Source: Amphiscolops sp. MND2022 (lineage: Eukaryota). Taken from it: a stretch of DNA of 64,000 nucleotides. A model generated the notes under the pieces. It saw nothing but the letters and a program-made list of their open reading frames with translations. It was not told the DNA's origin and ran no database searches. Numbering within the stretch: the first letter of the stretch is position 1; the number at the start of each line of letters is the position of its first letter. The position numbers and the translations under genes are program-made. The stretch lies in assembly GCA_964187785.1 (NCBI GenBank), contig OZ076411.1:71300001-71364000 (forward strand), given 5' to 3'. Shown one piece after another: positions 41,508 to 54,974 of this stretch.

Positions 41508-42990
41508 GTAGTGATACTATTAAAAGCAACATGGCACACGAAAAAACCAAATGAATTAATTTCATTGGCTGATTAAGGTCTCACGTGCTCATTTCATTGG
41601 TCGAGAGCTTTTCCAAAACATCATTTTTTAGTTTTTTGAATTTTTGACGCGTACACTTTTTTGACTTCGAAGTAATTTAGACAAAAAGATTCTCCCAAAG
41701 ATTTTGAATCGATTTTGAGATTTGCCTTATAAAGCTTTTAATAAGATCATAGTATAGTTTATACTATACTGTAGAATTGTACCTTCACTATCGCTTTCTT
41801 TCTTTTTGTGCAACTCTGCTGTATCTATTTATTGTGGGGTAAGTTGGAGTTATTTTTTACCTCAGAGCAAAGCAATCGGAAAATTTCGATGTCGCCTTAT
41901 TCCTTCGAATATAAGACGCGACATTGAATTTTGCTCAGGTTGGCCTTTTTTCAACAAAAAAGCGACCCGATTAAAATCATGGTTTTTGTAACCATAAATT
42001 ATAATAGGGACAAAAAAGACCTCGCGAAACGCCTCCATCCATTTCACATTTTGCCTTACCGCGCTCTCCTAACACTGAGTCGGCCTAACTATACTCTCTA
42101 TTGATTTCTGCATACATTAACGGTGAAACATTATATAATAGAAAGAAAAAGCTCAATAAACAAAGCATGCCGTTGACCGCCAATAAGGCCAAAATTATAA
42201 ATACACAACATTTTTGCTATAGAACCAAAACATGTTCGTGAAAAAAGCGACAAAAAGCGACTTTGGGGAAAAGGCTACCAAAAGCGACCCAACTGGCTAC
42301 CTTGAATTCACAATTCAAGTGAATCTGCGGCTTATATTAGACCTGTTTTATTCATTAAAAATCTATTTAATTGGGCGGGCGGGTTTCGGAATGTAATCTT
42401 TGCATATGTGTTTATATGCATTGAAATGCGTATATATGCGCACATATGCATATATGTGACCTTTGCCTAAAGGCAATTTTCAAATATGCTGAGAATTTTA
42501 TTGATGAAGGCGAGACTCATCATTGATAAAAGCAGCAACATTTAAACCCAAATTTGTTGAAACGGTTACATGTCGAAATCTCCCGAGTTAACACCACCTA
42601 TGTAAAAATCTAGGTCAAACTCCCCTGGAAAAAAAAGGAGAAATCAAAACAAAAATTAGACATCCGAATTTACCAAAAAAAAGTAAACTTTCAAGATTAG
42701 GATACGAGCATAAGCTTTTATCGGGGGCGGTGCACAGTGCCGACTGTTCACTAAGCCGACGGTGTAGATATTCTTTTTATACTGGTTGTATGACTCGGCC
42801 TTCCTCCTTCCTGGATGCTTCGCGCCCCTCCAATCGGCCTTCGTCAAAACTAGCCAATGGACTGGTAGTGACACGTCGCTTCGCTCATGTATTTAGGACA
42901 GTATCGGTATGTGAACGTAGCTAATAACGATTCTTGGGAGATTTTAACCTAGGAGATTGTGACCTGATGAGGGCGGCTCACTATGCAGAC

Positions 42991-45003
42991 CAGGGGTGTA
43001 AATTATCTTATCACTAATAATATCTTTGATAAAAAGCGATAACCGATTATCTATCATTGAATTATTAAGATTATCTAGATTATTAAGATTATCTTAAATA
43101 ATCCATTTACAAATCAATGATATCTTAAATAGTCCATTTACAAATCAATGATATCACATATCATTTTAATGTCCCAGAATTTGCGATTGGCCTTCAAAAA
43201 AAGGGTTTCTTCAAATGTTGTTGGGCACATAGATGATCTCGATGGCGTACATATATTCCCAGCAACACTAAACAGTCGTTCAGCAATATTCGACGTGCCG
43301 ATAATATCTTGAATATTGAAATATTTGACTTTTTTTCCGAACTTGTTTTGAAAGCGCCCTTTCGGCTAGAGAAGTACTATTAGGAAGGACTAATACTTCA
43401 GAAGAATCATTGAATGCAAGAGAGAAAGTTTTGAGAGAGAAATTGTTTCTTCGTGAGTCAAATCTGTTGATCCCCCTTGTAATTTTGCAATTGCAACTTC
43501 CAACTCTTTACTGTGAACGATATCTGCGTCGGAACAAAGATAGCTTCTCATCGATGAGTTTTCTGCTATAACCCCATCAAAAAGACACCAAATTTCATGC
43601 AAATGTCGTGTTGAGTTTTGTAGAGCTTGTGTGACTGACTCAAAATCCTGTAAAATTGACGACAGTTCTTTAATTCTCTTATGATCAGCAGGACCCAATA
43701 AAAATTCTGTAATTTCCGAATCTTCACCACCGTCAAGAAACTGATGTATCTCCAAATATCTTTGAATCATAGAATTAGTAGAAGACCAACGAGTGTAATT
43801 CCGAGTAATCGCTTTCAAGGGCGTTTTTTAACGTAATATTGCAGCCGCCTTCATTGTTCTACATTTTTTCATAAGATCATTCACTTTTTCAATCACAATT
43901 TCGAAATTATTCGAATTCAAGTACTCTTTCACTGCTAAATTAAATCGATGAGAGGCACATCCAATCATAGGTACCATAAGTTTGTCCGCAATGGCTTTAT
44001 TAGTATTACAAATTATCGCATATAACAAATAAAATATCGTTCCAATTTCTACCGTATAATTCCATGACAAATTTTATAAAGTCACAGTATTTTTCGGCTG
44101 AATGAGACGTTTCGTCCAGAAGAGGCGAGAATGCCAACAACGGATAAGAATTCTGACCATTGGGACAATAACAAGCGAAAATAGCCGTATAAATTGTTGC
44201 ATTAATTGACCATGAATCAAAAATAAGCCCAAATTTATTCGGTAAGGTTCCTTTTAAATGATCTTCTGATTTACGGGTCAACAAATTCATGTATTTCATA
44301 AGAGTTGGTCGCGATATGGATTTCATGGTTGAATTTTTCCGGAATCGTTCGCTTTCTACAGATGTAAAAGGTAAATTTTCCATAACAATCCACTCAATCC
44401 ACTTGAAAATTGAAACTACTTTTTCATTGTATTGATAAACAAACGCCGAATTGTTGGCTTGATAGTCTGATATATAAGTTGGATGGGCTGATTGTAAATG
44501 CTGAATAATATTGCCAAACCCAGTTCCCGCGGGTCGCTTCCGTTTGACTGTGCATCCTGGATATTTGCAAACGAAATAGCTTTCATTCTCCTTATCTTTC
44601 TCAAAAAACCGATCTACGTAATGTTTATTGGTTATCGACATTATTTAAAGCGAGCTCAAATTGAATCCAGAGAAATGAGAAAATGCAAGGTTAATACGTA
44701 AATCAAACACACTTAACTAGTTAACTAGCTTCAGCTACACAAAACACGTGAACAAATTTCACGTGAACAGATTTCATGATTCACGTTAGACGAGCTTGTC
44801 TGTGCCTGCCCGTTTTCAATCCCCTTGCTAGATTGTTTGCTCACTTACGACAATGCTGATAGCCTGACAATAGAAGAAAATTAGATTATCTAGATTACCA
44901 GTTAGTTAGGCCAAGATAATCTTTATTTACTTTTTGAATGTCGATTATCTTATTTACCGTTATCTAGATAATCTTTGCTAAGATAATCTTTTTTACACCC
45001 CTG
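42991..45003 (-). mobile_element. Full-length hAT transposon with frameshifted transposase (CSN2 intron 6)
   Basis: TIR CAGGGGTGTAAA; perfect TSD ATGCAGAC (42983-42990, 45004-45011). BED-like finger CKYPGC..HLQSAH, FGLIFDSWS, VICDN, GCASHRFNLAV, TRWSST, TSNIAERLFS. Confidence 0.95.
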
Positions 45004-45154
45004 ATGCAGACGGTTCACTAAGCCGACGAAATAAATTCATTCTCAACGCGCGATTAAATTCATTCTCAAACTTGATTGGACAAATATATGCCGATACTAG
45101 TTAATGCAAACAAAATAGCGTCAATCGAAATTTACGATTGACTAAAGTAATCAC

Positions 45155-45329
45155 CTCGTATGACGCCCATGATGTGTGGGTGGGGGATGGCGGACTTGAT
45201 CTGTAGACTCTTCTCGTACAGAGTCTTGAGTTGCTTGTTGTTCTTCTGGGCAGTGTACATCTGGATCTCCAGGGCATAGATCTCCAGCAGCTGCGTGCCC
45301 TTCTTGTGGTCGTCTTCGCCTTCGTTCGT
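45155..45329 (-). CDS. COPS2: COP9 signalosome subunit 2, exon 6
   Basis: ttttag|[49 protein letters not shown]|gtgatt. Confidence 0.95.
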
Positions 45330-45745
45330 CTAAAACACGCAAACCAACAACTTCCACTGAAAATATCACTGAATGTCTGAGACTGAGACTGTATGCTTTG
45401 CACACTTGATTAGCAACGAAGATAGTTGCATGTCAAAATCTCCTGTACTAAAATCTAGGCTAGAACTCCTAAGTTAACATATTTTTGACAAAAATGGCCT
45501 GATACCACAAAAGGTAGTGCTAAGTAAAGTAAATCGACTTCTGCACTTACTTCTTCGAAACCTCTCAGCGAAAAGTTAATTACTCAAGTCAACGCAAAGT
45601 CGAAAACATCGAAAAATCCTAATTGATTGTAAAATTTTCCGAAGTCGCACAGTGCCGAAAAGCCACCCCCCCCCCCCCGAGATCCTGCACAATTTAGTCA
45701 CAATAGTAGTCTCCTTCATTTGGATGAGAAGGAATGTTGACTCAC

Positions 45746-45823
45746 TTTACATGACTGCTGCAACTGCTTCAGGATCCTCGCCAGTTTCTGATACTCTTCA
45801 CGGTCGTAATACAACTTCCCCAA
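45746..45823 (-). CDS. COPS2: COP9 signalosome subunit 2, exon 5
   Basis: tttcag|LGKLYYDREEYQKLARILKQLQQSCK|gtgagt. Confidence 0.95.
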
Positions 45824-45909
45824 CTGAAACGCACCAATCACAATGGAGTCTCAATTGTAAGCACCAGACGCATCAACAAAACTTCTAAAAAGGCTTTTAA
45901 AGTTATGAT

Positions 45910-46713
45910 GGACCATGTTTCTTATTCCCTCCTTCCAGGTACACCTTGTTCTTTATCCCCCAACGCGAAAACAACAATTAAGCTTAATAAACCATCTTGG
46001 GCGAATGAAAGACATCGATATGGCTATTAATACTCAGAGGATTGTCTTTAGAGATGTATCCACACTTGCATTCTTTTAGATGTGAATTAATAATGTAAAA
46101 GATAGGATTATGTCGACATCAATCATTTTATTGGACTGAAATTTCAGCGCAAACTATCATTACGATACATATGCCGCAACGAACTAGCAAGATCTTGCTA
46201 GTTCGATTAACAGCCAATAGAAACGCGTTATTATTTCTGATACGCGTTACGAGTTTTGCTCGTTACACTGTGTGATTTGGCGTTACACATAGTGATCAAA
46301 ATACAGTAAATGACTACTTTACACTCTCTACAATTACGTACTTTGACTGGTTTCCACTTCACACACGAAGACGGAAATTGTTTTACACTTTAACCTGGTA
46401 CACAATTTGACTGGAATTCACTTTCAAAGTGAAAAACAATCAAAGTGTGTAAGCTAGTGATTACTTTGACTGTTTTCCACTGGGAAGCATTGATCATTTT
46501 CTTTCTAACCTGGTACACATTTTGACTGGAATTCACATCGGCAAAGTGTGTACGTTAGTGATTTTGATTAGGATATATGATTTAGCAAGCTCATATTAGA
46601 TATATTTAGCTAAAATACTCAATTATGTGAGTATCATGATGTTAGTTGAACCTCGCTTCTTATCCAACCGCGAGGCTGCTTGGGGGGGGATAAGGGAATA
46701 AGAAACATGGTCC
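45910..46713. mobile_element. MITE filling most of CSN2 intron 4
   Basis: TIR GGACCATGTTTCTTATTCCCT; perfect 8-bp TSD GTTATGAT (45902-45909, 46714-46721). Confidence 0.9.
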
Positions 46714-46806
46714 GTTATGATTATGGCTTATCAGTCTAGAAATGTGCTTAGTTTCGTGATCAAATCAGAACACACTGCTACATCAGGTAGGTGAGGCGAT
46801 AGGCAC

Positions 46807-46968
46807 CTTGAGGTTAGTTTTGAACCAGAGCCGGTCGTTCTTGGCCTCTTGCAGGGCGGAGAGAGTGGTCTCGTAGAAGTTCTGCAGCAGCTCCATGTTT
46901 TGCGAGGTGGAGATGAAGTCCAGAATAGAGTTGATCGCCTTCTCCGAGTGGTTGCGCGTCACTGCTGT
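46807..46968 (-). CDS. COPS2: COP9 signalosome subunit 2, exon 4
   Basis: gtttag|[33 protein letters not shown]|gtgcct. Confidence 0.95.
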
Positions 46969-48153
46969 CTAAACAACACACATCAGCTCTATACAGTACT
47001 GTGATTAAGAGAACGTCCCTGGGCTGAGAATTTTGGAAAACATAAGCAATAAAAGTTTCCTAGAATTTCATCTACTTTATATTAGCGTTTTTTAAAAAAA
47101 AATCAGAAACAAAAATTGAGAGAGTTACAAATATAGCTGATTTTGAGCAAAGTTATAACTTTTTGCCGTTTTTCCAATTTTTGACCGTTTCATCCACAGT
47201 TCTTTGGTAAGTTTTGTGCTCAATTAACTCCCACAAATCTATTGAATACATGGACGTACTTTTATTTCAAAAATAATCAGCCGTTTTTGAAGTATCATGC
47301 TCGAATAGTAAAATTTCGTCGATTCACATGTTTTAAGATAGGAAATTAACGTTTCGCGGTGAAAAAATGCAATTTTTTAAAATTTAGAATGTTTTTGAAG
47401 TAGTCTATCTGTAGAAGTGATATTATTAACAGCAACATAAAGCAAATTTCAAATCGAATATCTCTAAAACGGCAGCGATGTTTGAAAAATGATAGAAGTG
47501 AAAGTTTTAGATTTTTATCTAGTTTGCAGATATCAAGGGATGTATTAAATGGATTTTTCTCAACCAGAGAGCAAGCTCCACATAAACTCACGCTGAAGGG
47601 CATTCAGATTTCACACTTCCGTGTCACGTTAATTCAGGTCAAATTTCACGCATTTTTTGTCGAAAACTGGAAAAACTAACGAGTTTTCTTGAGTTTCAAA
47701 ATCTGCATTTTGACGCTCATTGGTTAGTTTTCAGTTGGCTGCAAAAACTTTCGTGTTTCTAATTAGGAAACGACAAAACAAAATTTTCCTGTCAAAATTG
47801 ATGTTTTTCGTATTTTTCATTCATTTTCAAGCAATATTACCTATTTTTGCGGAAATTTGATTGCGCAATAATTCACGAGTTTACACGATCTGACGCCCAG
47901 TGAAACACTGCGGAGCCTACCTTACAGCCTATGTTTTTCCATTTAAAGAACTTATTGTTCCTATCAAAATATTATGACGAAATGCACTTCACGGGTGTAG
48001 ACTTGAATATTACAACGACAATATCTAACACAGAGGCGAAGCGGTGCTTCGCAACACATGACGAAGACAACGATTATTTTAATATGCGTATAAATATTAT
48101 TTTAATCGCATGCGTATATATTCAACAGTTCAACTTTATTCAATAACGTCCTT

Positions 48154-48215
48154 ATGGCACAGTGGTTAACACTTATGCCGCGCAATCGGGAGGCTGCAGG
48201 TTCGAATCTCTCTGG
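48154..48215 (+). ncRNA. tRNA-derived cassette in CSN2 intron 3
   Basis: A-box TGGCACAGTGG and B-box GGTTCGAATC; cloverleaf incomplete. Confidence 0.5.
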
Positions 48216-49666
48216 GGTTTTGGCTTTTCTCTAAAAGGCGCTTATTATGAAGTTGGCTACTGTGGAAAAAAACTTTCTTAGCTGGACTGCAATGCACATT
48301 GACTTCGTCATGTGCAAAAAGGGCAGAATGATGTTTGATATAAAAACTGCCCGTAGTGAGAAAGCTCGCACTGAGTCCTGCTTCAGGACATGCCGACTTG
48401 CGAACAAACTTCCGGAGAGAGTGACATTTTTCGAACCTTAGGGCCTCAAAGATAGAATTCTGGACTTCATGTGGTAACATTTTCACCAACTCTATCTTGA
48501 AGATCAATTGTGCACCTACCAAATATACTGTGACTGCCAAAGCACAACTAGGATATTCTGATAACAATTGTTGGGGAGAAGTCCCTTCAGCCTAGCTGTA
48601 AAGTCACAACAGCAACAATAACAACAACACCATTGCCACTAATGAAGACGCCCAAGTGTGTGGTCGCTAACCGTATCTCAGCTATCAGAAGCGGTAGCTA
48701 GCGGTAACTGAATTTCAAATTGAACAGCTACCTTAGGTTACAACGCCCTACGAATATAACATCCTTCATCATTTCGGACTGGAGCAACGTATCTGAAAAT
48801 TACGGTAAAAAGCATACAATTCTCGTCCAAAAATAACGCCAAATAACCGGGAAAAAACAAATAGCACAAGAAAGAACGTGAAACATCTCAAAATTTGACA
48901 GGGAGTTTCTGCATTTTCAGAACAAGGAATGTTTGACAAGAAAACTGGTATCATTTATACCACAAAGATAGATACAATCCTGAACTTAGAAATTTGTGGA
49001 AACAATAGCAATAAAAATCAACTTCGCTGGATTTTTTTTTGAAAACTACCTTCCATAGGGGAAATTGTCTCTCGAAACGCAAATATTCCGCTAAATAAAA
49101 TAAGTCACGCTATATTGTCATTGGCTAGAAATAAACGGAAAATCACGCGATTTCACAACGTGAATTTCTGTAATGCCTACCGTTGTTTTTTGAGTTTTCC
49201 GAGATGCTTTCAAAAGCATGAAATATATATATTTTTTGAATTATACTTTTCACCAGACAGCGTCAAAATGTTTTTTTTTCATTTTATTACTTTTTTATGA
49301 CCGCATAATGACAAAACGACTTTTGTGATCAGCTCATTCGATAAATGTGTATTTACTACTATTACTACAGCACCGTTCACTGATCGTAATAATTGATTGC
49401 AAAATTTGAAACTTTTCCAAATTATTAAATCATGACTACATTGTGGTTATTAAAGCCAGTGTTGTGAAAAATGAAGAATACTTATTTAGCGACCAGCGAT
49501 TGATATTTATGATCTGGTTTTTTTGCCGAGTAGAACCGAGACAAAAAGCCATTCATACCAAAAATCGATCCTAACACTAAACATGCTCGCACAAGGTAGC
49601 TCAAAGGTTCCAACCCAACTTAGGTAGAAAAATTATTGGTATATGAAGTTGAATGCTTGCACTAAC

Positions 49667-49720
49667 TTTAATATAGGTCAACAATTGGTGATATCGGGTC
49701 ATCATCTGATCGAATTCGTT
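49667..49720 (-). CDS. COPS2: COP9 signalosome subunit 2, exon 3 (54 nt)
   Basis: ttttcag|NEFDQMMTRYHQLLTYIK|gttagt; fills the 18-aa gap between exons 2 and 4. Confidence 0.92.
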
Positions 49721-49849
49721 CTGAAAACAACAATATTGTAAAACATTCTTATGCCTCTCTATATGTTAATAAAAGTGCCCCCTTGCTGCGAAGAGAGTTA
49801 GTCTAGATGCTAAGAGAGAACAATTCGCAAAAGTACCGTTTGATTGGAA

Positions 49850-50717
49850 AACAAGACGAGAACGTCTAAAGTCGGCGCCATATCTAAGGCTCAAAAAAAG
49901 CGCAAAAGACTTTTTTTCGAAATTTTATCGAATTTTTTTTTCGAAAAACCAAAAAAATGGACTGAGTGGCGCGCCGGGGCCCGCTAGCGCGAGCCCCTGG
50001 CGCGCTAAAAGAGGGACACTTCCGAAATTGTCAACATTTTTGTTGCAGTTGAAGGAGGAACCCTTTGGAGAAAAAACAAATTTTCGAAAAAAAGTCTCAC
50101 AATGCCGAAAAACTGAAAGGGGGGACCCTTTGGGATTTTTAAACACCCAATGTGTTGTAAAATATCAAAGAAATTGAAGGGGGACCCTTTGGAGAGAAAA
50201 TAATTTTCGGAAAAAATCTCACAGTGCCGAAAAAAACTGAAAGGAGGGACCTTTTGGGTTTTTCACCATCCATTCAGTCGCAAAACATCAAAAAATTGAA
50301 GGGATGAAATTTTTTATTTTCGAAAAAAAATCTCACAGTGCCGAAAAAAACTGAAAGGGGGGACCCTTTGGAATTTTCCAACATCCATTTTGTCGCAAAA
50401 CAGCAAAAAATTGAAGGGGGGACCCTTTGGAGACAAAAAAAATTCCAAAAAAAGTCGCACAGTGCCGAAAAAAACTCAAAGGGGGGACCCTATTGTCTCG
50501 TCAGGTTTTGTATCTTACGATAAAAATGGAGTAACTGAAAGGGGGGACCCTTTGCACTATTTTAAATACGCTCCCCGTTTGCCGATCCAGTACTTTAGTT
50601 TAGTAGTTCTGTTCTGTAAAAAGTGTCCACTACGCATACATTCTGTTATCTGACGAAAAAAAAACTAGCCACTGTAATAGTCGGGCTCATTTTCTTCTAA
50701 AATGCGCCGACTAAAAA
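49850..50717 (+). mobile_element. Interspersed repeat family A, long copy with tandem internal units (intron 2)
   Basis: Family A ends; internal ~120-bp unit repeated several times. Confidence 0.8.
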
Positions 50718-50842
50718 TCTGACTTTACCGCGTTACAAAAATACTCCAGCTTCTTTCATTAGAATAGAATACAAATCGTAATTTCCAATTCTATTTTGAA
50801 AGGCATCGTTCGTACTCAAGAATGAGGACTAAACTATGTTTT

Positions 50843-51405
50843 AACAAGACGAGAACGTCTAAAATCAAAGTTTTTAAAATTGTAGATGAGGGGACTCTTT
50901 GGGCTTTTTGAAAATCCAGTTTGTTGCAAAATATCAAAAAAATGAAGGAGCGACCCTCCGGGGACATTGAAAAATTTCGAAAATTTTGAAAAAATTTTCC
51001 AAAAAAAAACGAAAAATGAGAATTTTTAACAGTCTCATAGTGCCGAAAAATGTAAAAAGGGGGCCTTTAGGCTTTTTCAACATCCATTCAGGTGCAAAAC
51101 ACCAAAAAAATAGAAGGGGGACCGTTGGAAGACTTTAAAAAATTTCAAAAAAAAATCTCACAAAGCCGAAAAAGGGGCGGGGAAAGTCTCATAGCGCCGA
51201 AAAATTGGAAGGGGGACCCTTCTGGGTTTTGCATTTTAAGGTAGAGGCCTTTGGATGCGTTCAAAATCAAGTACTGAGTACTTTTGGTAAAAGTGCATCT
51301 TTCACAAAAAGTGGTACATACGCGATGAGGGAAAAGTCTGACGAAAAAAAAACTAGCCACTGTAATAGTCGGGCTCTTTTCACTAGAAAAGCGCCGACTT
51401 AAAAA
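50843..51405 (+). mobile_element. Interspersed repeat family A (intron 2)
   Basis: AACAAGACGAGAACGTCTAAA..TAGTCGGGC..GCGCCGACT. Confidence 0.75.
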
Positions 51406-52784
51406 TAGGTCCCCGTGTGGGCACAGAATTATTTCTACTTAAAGCTTTCATGTTCAATAATAGGAGCATATCTGGAATAACTACAGTCCTGTGATAAAAG
51501 AATGGAATCCATGTTTGATAATCAAGGTTGAAACGCCTAATGAGTTCGCGAATTTCTCAAAAACTATCAAATTTTCAAATATGATAAAAACAAACGTTGA
51601 TTCAATTTTTGTCCAGTTTACATTTCTTTAATTTTAATTTTGTAAGTTTTAAAACTAGCATAAGACAAGTTTGCAAATAATAATTTTTAAGTGTAAAACT
51701 TTGGAAATTCAGAAGCAGAGTCTAAATTAGGAGCGAAAGCTCGTCGTTATTTACTTTTTCATATTGTTCAAGTCGCCCATCATTTCCTAATTAGACACGA
51801 AAATGTTTAGTGCCCTAGAGTGTACATGTAAGAAGATAATCACAAATCTATGAGTCTTGAATTTATGCCCAATCTTAATACATGTATCGGAATTAATTCA
51901 GGAGTATATCGAATTCTTCGGATGTGTAAAGACTAAGTGCCTCAAAATTTGACAGTGCAATCAACAGGACAGCGATGAACCGGTTGGTAAACAGAACTAA
52001 TTGAAAATGTTTGTAAATTAGAAAAAAAAACATTTTACATGGCGGGGTATTGATGGCTAATTTCCCCAAATTTTGTCATAGAAGTTTCAAACAAACACAA
52101 ATGTAAACTAGATTAAATTTCGAGAAACTTATCAAAGGCATTGTTCCTGAATCTCAATAGTTTCAGAAATATGGCAGAAAAATGGAGTGTTCCAAGCATT
52201 ATTATCAATTAGGTGTTCTATTCATTTATCGCAGGACTGCATGTACACTCCTGTTCAGTCATTATACAGCGCACAATTAACCACTGTACCAGTTTGAACC
52301 GCCTTTAATTCTTCTCGGATAAAAAATTAATAAGTGTTTGAATGCAGGCGCAGCTCCCGGCATCCGAATAATTAACCATTAATTCCCTCGATCTCAATGA
52401 ATTCAGCGTATGAATGCATAATTAACACTCACTCGTTTCATCGCACGAGAATTGAATTGTCGTTGGCAGCTTGAGACATTTAAATCTCACACTTATTATA
52501 CTCACTGCCGAACAAATTATCTGAATCTTTTTCAGTAGGTACTCGCTTCACGAAGACTCGATAAAAAACAAACTACTATCGCAGAATTAATGAAAATTAA
52601 TGAAAACAACAAAGGGCCATTATTTCTGCTAACTGATTTGTGGAAGAATTGGTTCAACAGAGTATTGTGAATGAAATTAAATTTCATCGTTGTTTTGCTA
52701 ATAATATTTGAGGAAAAACCTGCACTTTTTGGAAACTACTGTACGTACTTTTTTTGAAATGAAAATGATCATCACTGTACGTAC

Positions 52785-52976
52785 TAGGTGGAAGAGCAGT
52801 TTGATCATCTGTTTGAGGGCCTTGAAGCCCCACTCGCCCTTCTCCTCCTCGAGTTCGAGCACGCCCTGGAACTGCACGATGGCCTCCCGCGGCTGGTCGT
52901 CCTTGAGACTCTTGGCATTGTAGTACTGGTTCTCCAGATTCACGTCCGGCTCAGACCCACTCGTGTCGTCATACTC
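52785..52976 (-). CDS. COPS2: COP9 signalosome subunit 2, exon 2
   Basis: gtcag|[45 protein letters not shown]|gtacgt. Confidence 0.95.
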
Positions 52977-54152
52977 CTGACACGAAACATCACCATCACA
53001 TTCATCATCAGTTAGGAAAGAAAGAAAAGTTTATTTAATTGAATACAATATTAAGGACTGGGAAAAACGTGTTTTGACCCGAATGAAACTGCGTGCTTAC
53101 TTAATTTTTATTGTTTTTCCTTTTTCTTGCAACTCTTAATTTCAATGCACAGAGACAATACAATTATTCAGGGTTCGACTGTCTGAACAAAAATGCGAGT
53201 TTGTCAGCTTTCTCAACATCCAAATTTGTTCGAAGAGAACCATAGGTAGAGTTTTCTATGTAACCCATGCCTTGTCAAAACTCTTCACGTTTAAGATTTT
53301 CCCTTTGGTGCGAGGGATAGCTGCGTGAAAAAAAACTGTCATTTTTCGTTATTGTTTAAAGCATGTTGTTGCTGTTGTTTAAAACAGTTTAAAACAAACG
53401 TGCCAGCCTTGACAATAACACATAGATAACTAGAAACTTCAGGTTGAATGTATTCAATAAGGACAGAGAACGAGGCTTTGCACCTCTTCGAGCCTCTGCC
53501 CTAGGTAATCAATAGGGTAATCTAAGCTGATAACTAAATAGAACCCAGAAAAGGCCTGGAATTGAAGACGGGTTTACAGAACACTTTTTAAATTAAAGCC
53601 ACAAATATAAGCAATGTTTGTATTAACCTAAGTTAGCTCTGGGTTCGAGTAGTCCTAGAGTTTCCGTTTTTCAATTGTATAGTATAATCACAGTTTAAAC
53701 TATTCGTTTAAATGTCAGAATTAATGAGCGATGAAACGAATCGAACAATGCCGTTTAAACTATGGTATAAGTGTAGCTTCCCTTTTAAATTGTCAAATTT
53801 ACTTGATATTTACACAAAAACAGCTCGACTGATGTTCAATGCACCTGTCACTTCTTACAATTTTAATGATTGAACCACCAAACTGTTGACAGTTTCAAGA
53901 TGTTTCTGGTTTTCGGTGTACTAAATAATGTAGTTTTTCCTCCGTATTTTTACATGTATTGGTCTGGTTCATTTGATTTTTTCGAAGAGTATTGATTCAG
54001 ATTTCGGCTTCATCATAGTTTCTACTGTCCGGGATTTAAGCTATAGTATAAATTTGAACGGTTTAAAAAAATTTAAACAGAAAAAAACTAGCATAAGTAA
54101 ATGTAGATGAACAAACTATCGCGCTGACTTGAATTTAGGATGAAAAACTAAC

Positions 54153-54209
54153 GAATCCGAAATCATCGTCATCCCCGTCGACCATGTACGCGTCGTCGTC
54201 TCCATCCAT
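54153..54209 (-). CDS. COPS2: COP9 signalosome subunit 2, exon 1
   Basis: MDGDDDAYMVDGDDDDFGF|gttagt, an acidic N-terminus typical of CSN2. The ten exons total 1341 nt = 446 aa + stop. Confidence 0.88.
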
Positions 54210-54346
54210 ACTCTGAAAACACTCTACTCTCTTGATTCCATGGGTTTCTTCATTATGAAACACCCTCAGGTCTGTTTTCAAACCGATTTCCGTGGGACCA
54301 TTTCTTACATCGATCTTAAGGGGGGATGTTTTAAGATTGAACAATG

Positions 54347-54871
54347 AACAAGCCGGGAACGGCCAACGTCGGCGCTATATCTAAGGCTCAAAATTGTAAA
54401 AGGGGGGCTTTGGGCTTTGTGAAACTCTAGTTGGTTGCAAAATATGAAACAAATTAAAGGGGCACCCTTGATTTTTGAAAAAATCCGAAATTTTGAAAAT
54501 GAGATTTTTGAACAGTGTCGCAGTCGAAAAATGTAAAAGGGGGGCCTTTGTGATTTTTTGACATCCATTGTGTTGCAAAATATCGAAACAAACGAAGGGG
54601 AGACCCTTTGGTGGAATCCAAAAAAGTCGCATATTTCCGAAAAAAAATCAGAGTGAAAAACACCAAAGGGGTCCTATGTTTTCGAGGTTCTGGACGTCGA
54701 TGTTTTTGTTTTGGACAAGGTTCTGGCGTTTCGAGTATGTTTTGGACGTCCGTAGTTCAAGTTGATGATGTTGAACAAATGAACAAAAAAGTGGACCGAT
54801 CGCGTTGAACTGACGAAAAAAACTAGCCACTGTAAGAGTCGTGCATTTTCTTTGAAAACGTCGACTAAAAA
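54347..54871 (+). mobile_element. Interspersed repeat family A immediately upstream of CSN2
   Basis: Family A ends; begins ~140 bp from the CSN2 ATG. Confidence 0.8.
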
Positions 54872-54974
54872 TTACTAAGACTCCCTTAGTCTTCATCAGG
54901 ACAAATGAAATTGAATTTACTGATTCCGTTATACATAATGATAATAACAAGACGGGAACGCTTGACCCCCGCTT

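Noticed and set aside
41936-42304. Additional hAT MITE (CAGGTTGGCC..GGCTACCTTG)
   Set aside because: The ends are plausible, but the flanks (ATTTTGCT / AATTCACA) give no TSD.
54210-54344. N-terminal extension of CSN2 from TTG 54344
   Set aside because: It has a non-ATG start and no similarity to CSN2; the ATG at 54209 gives the expected length.
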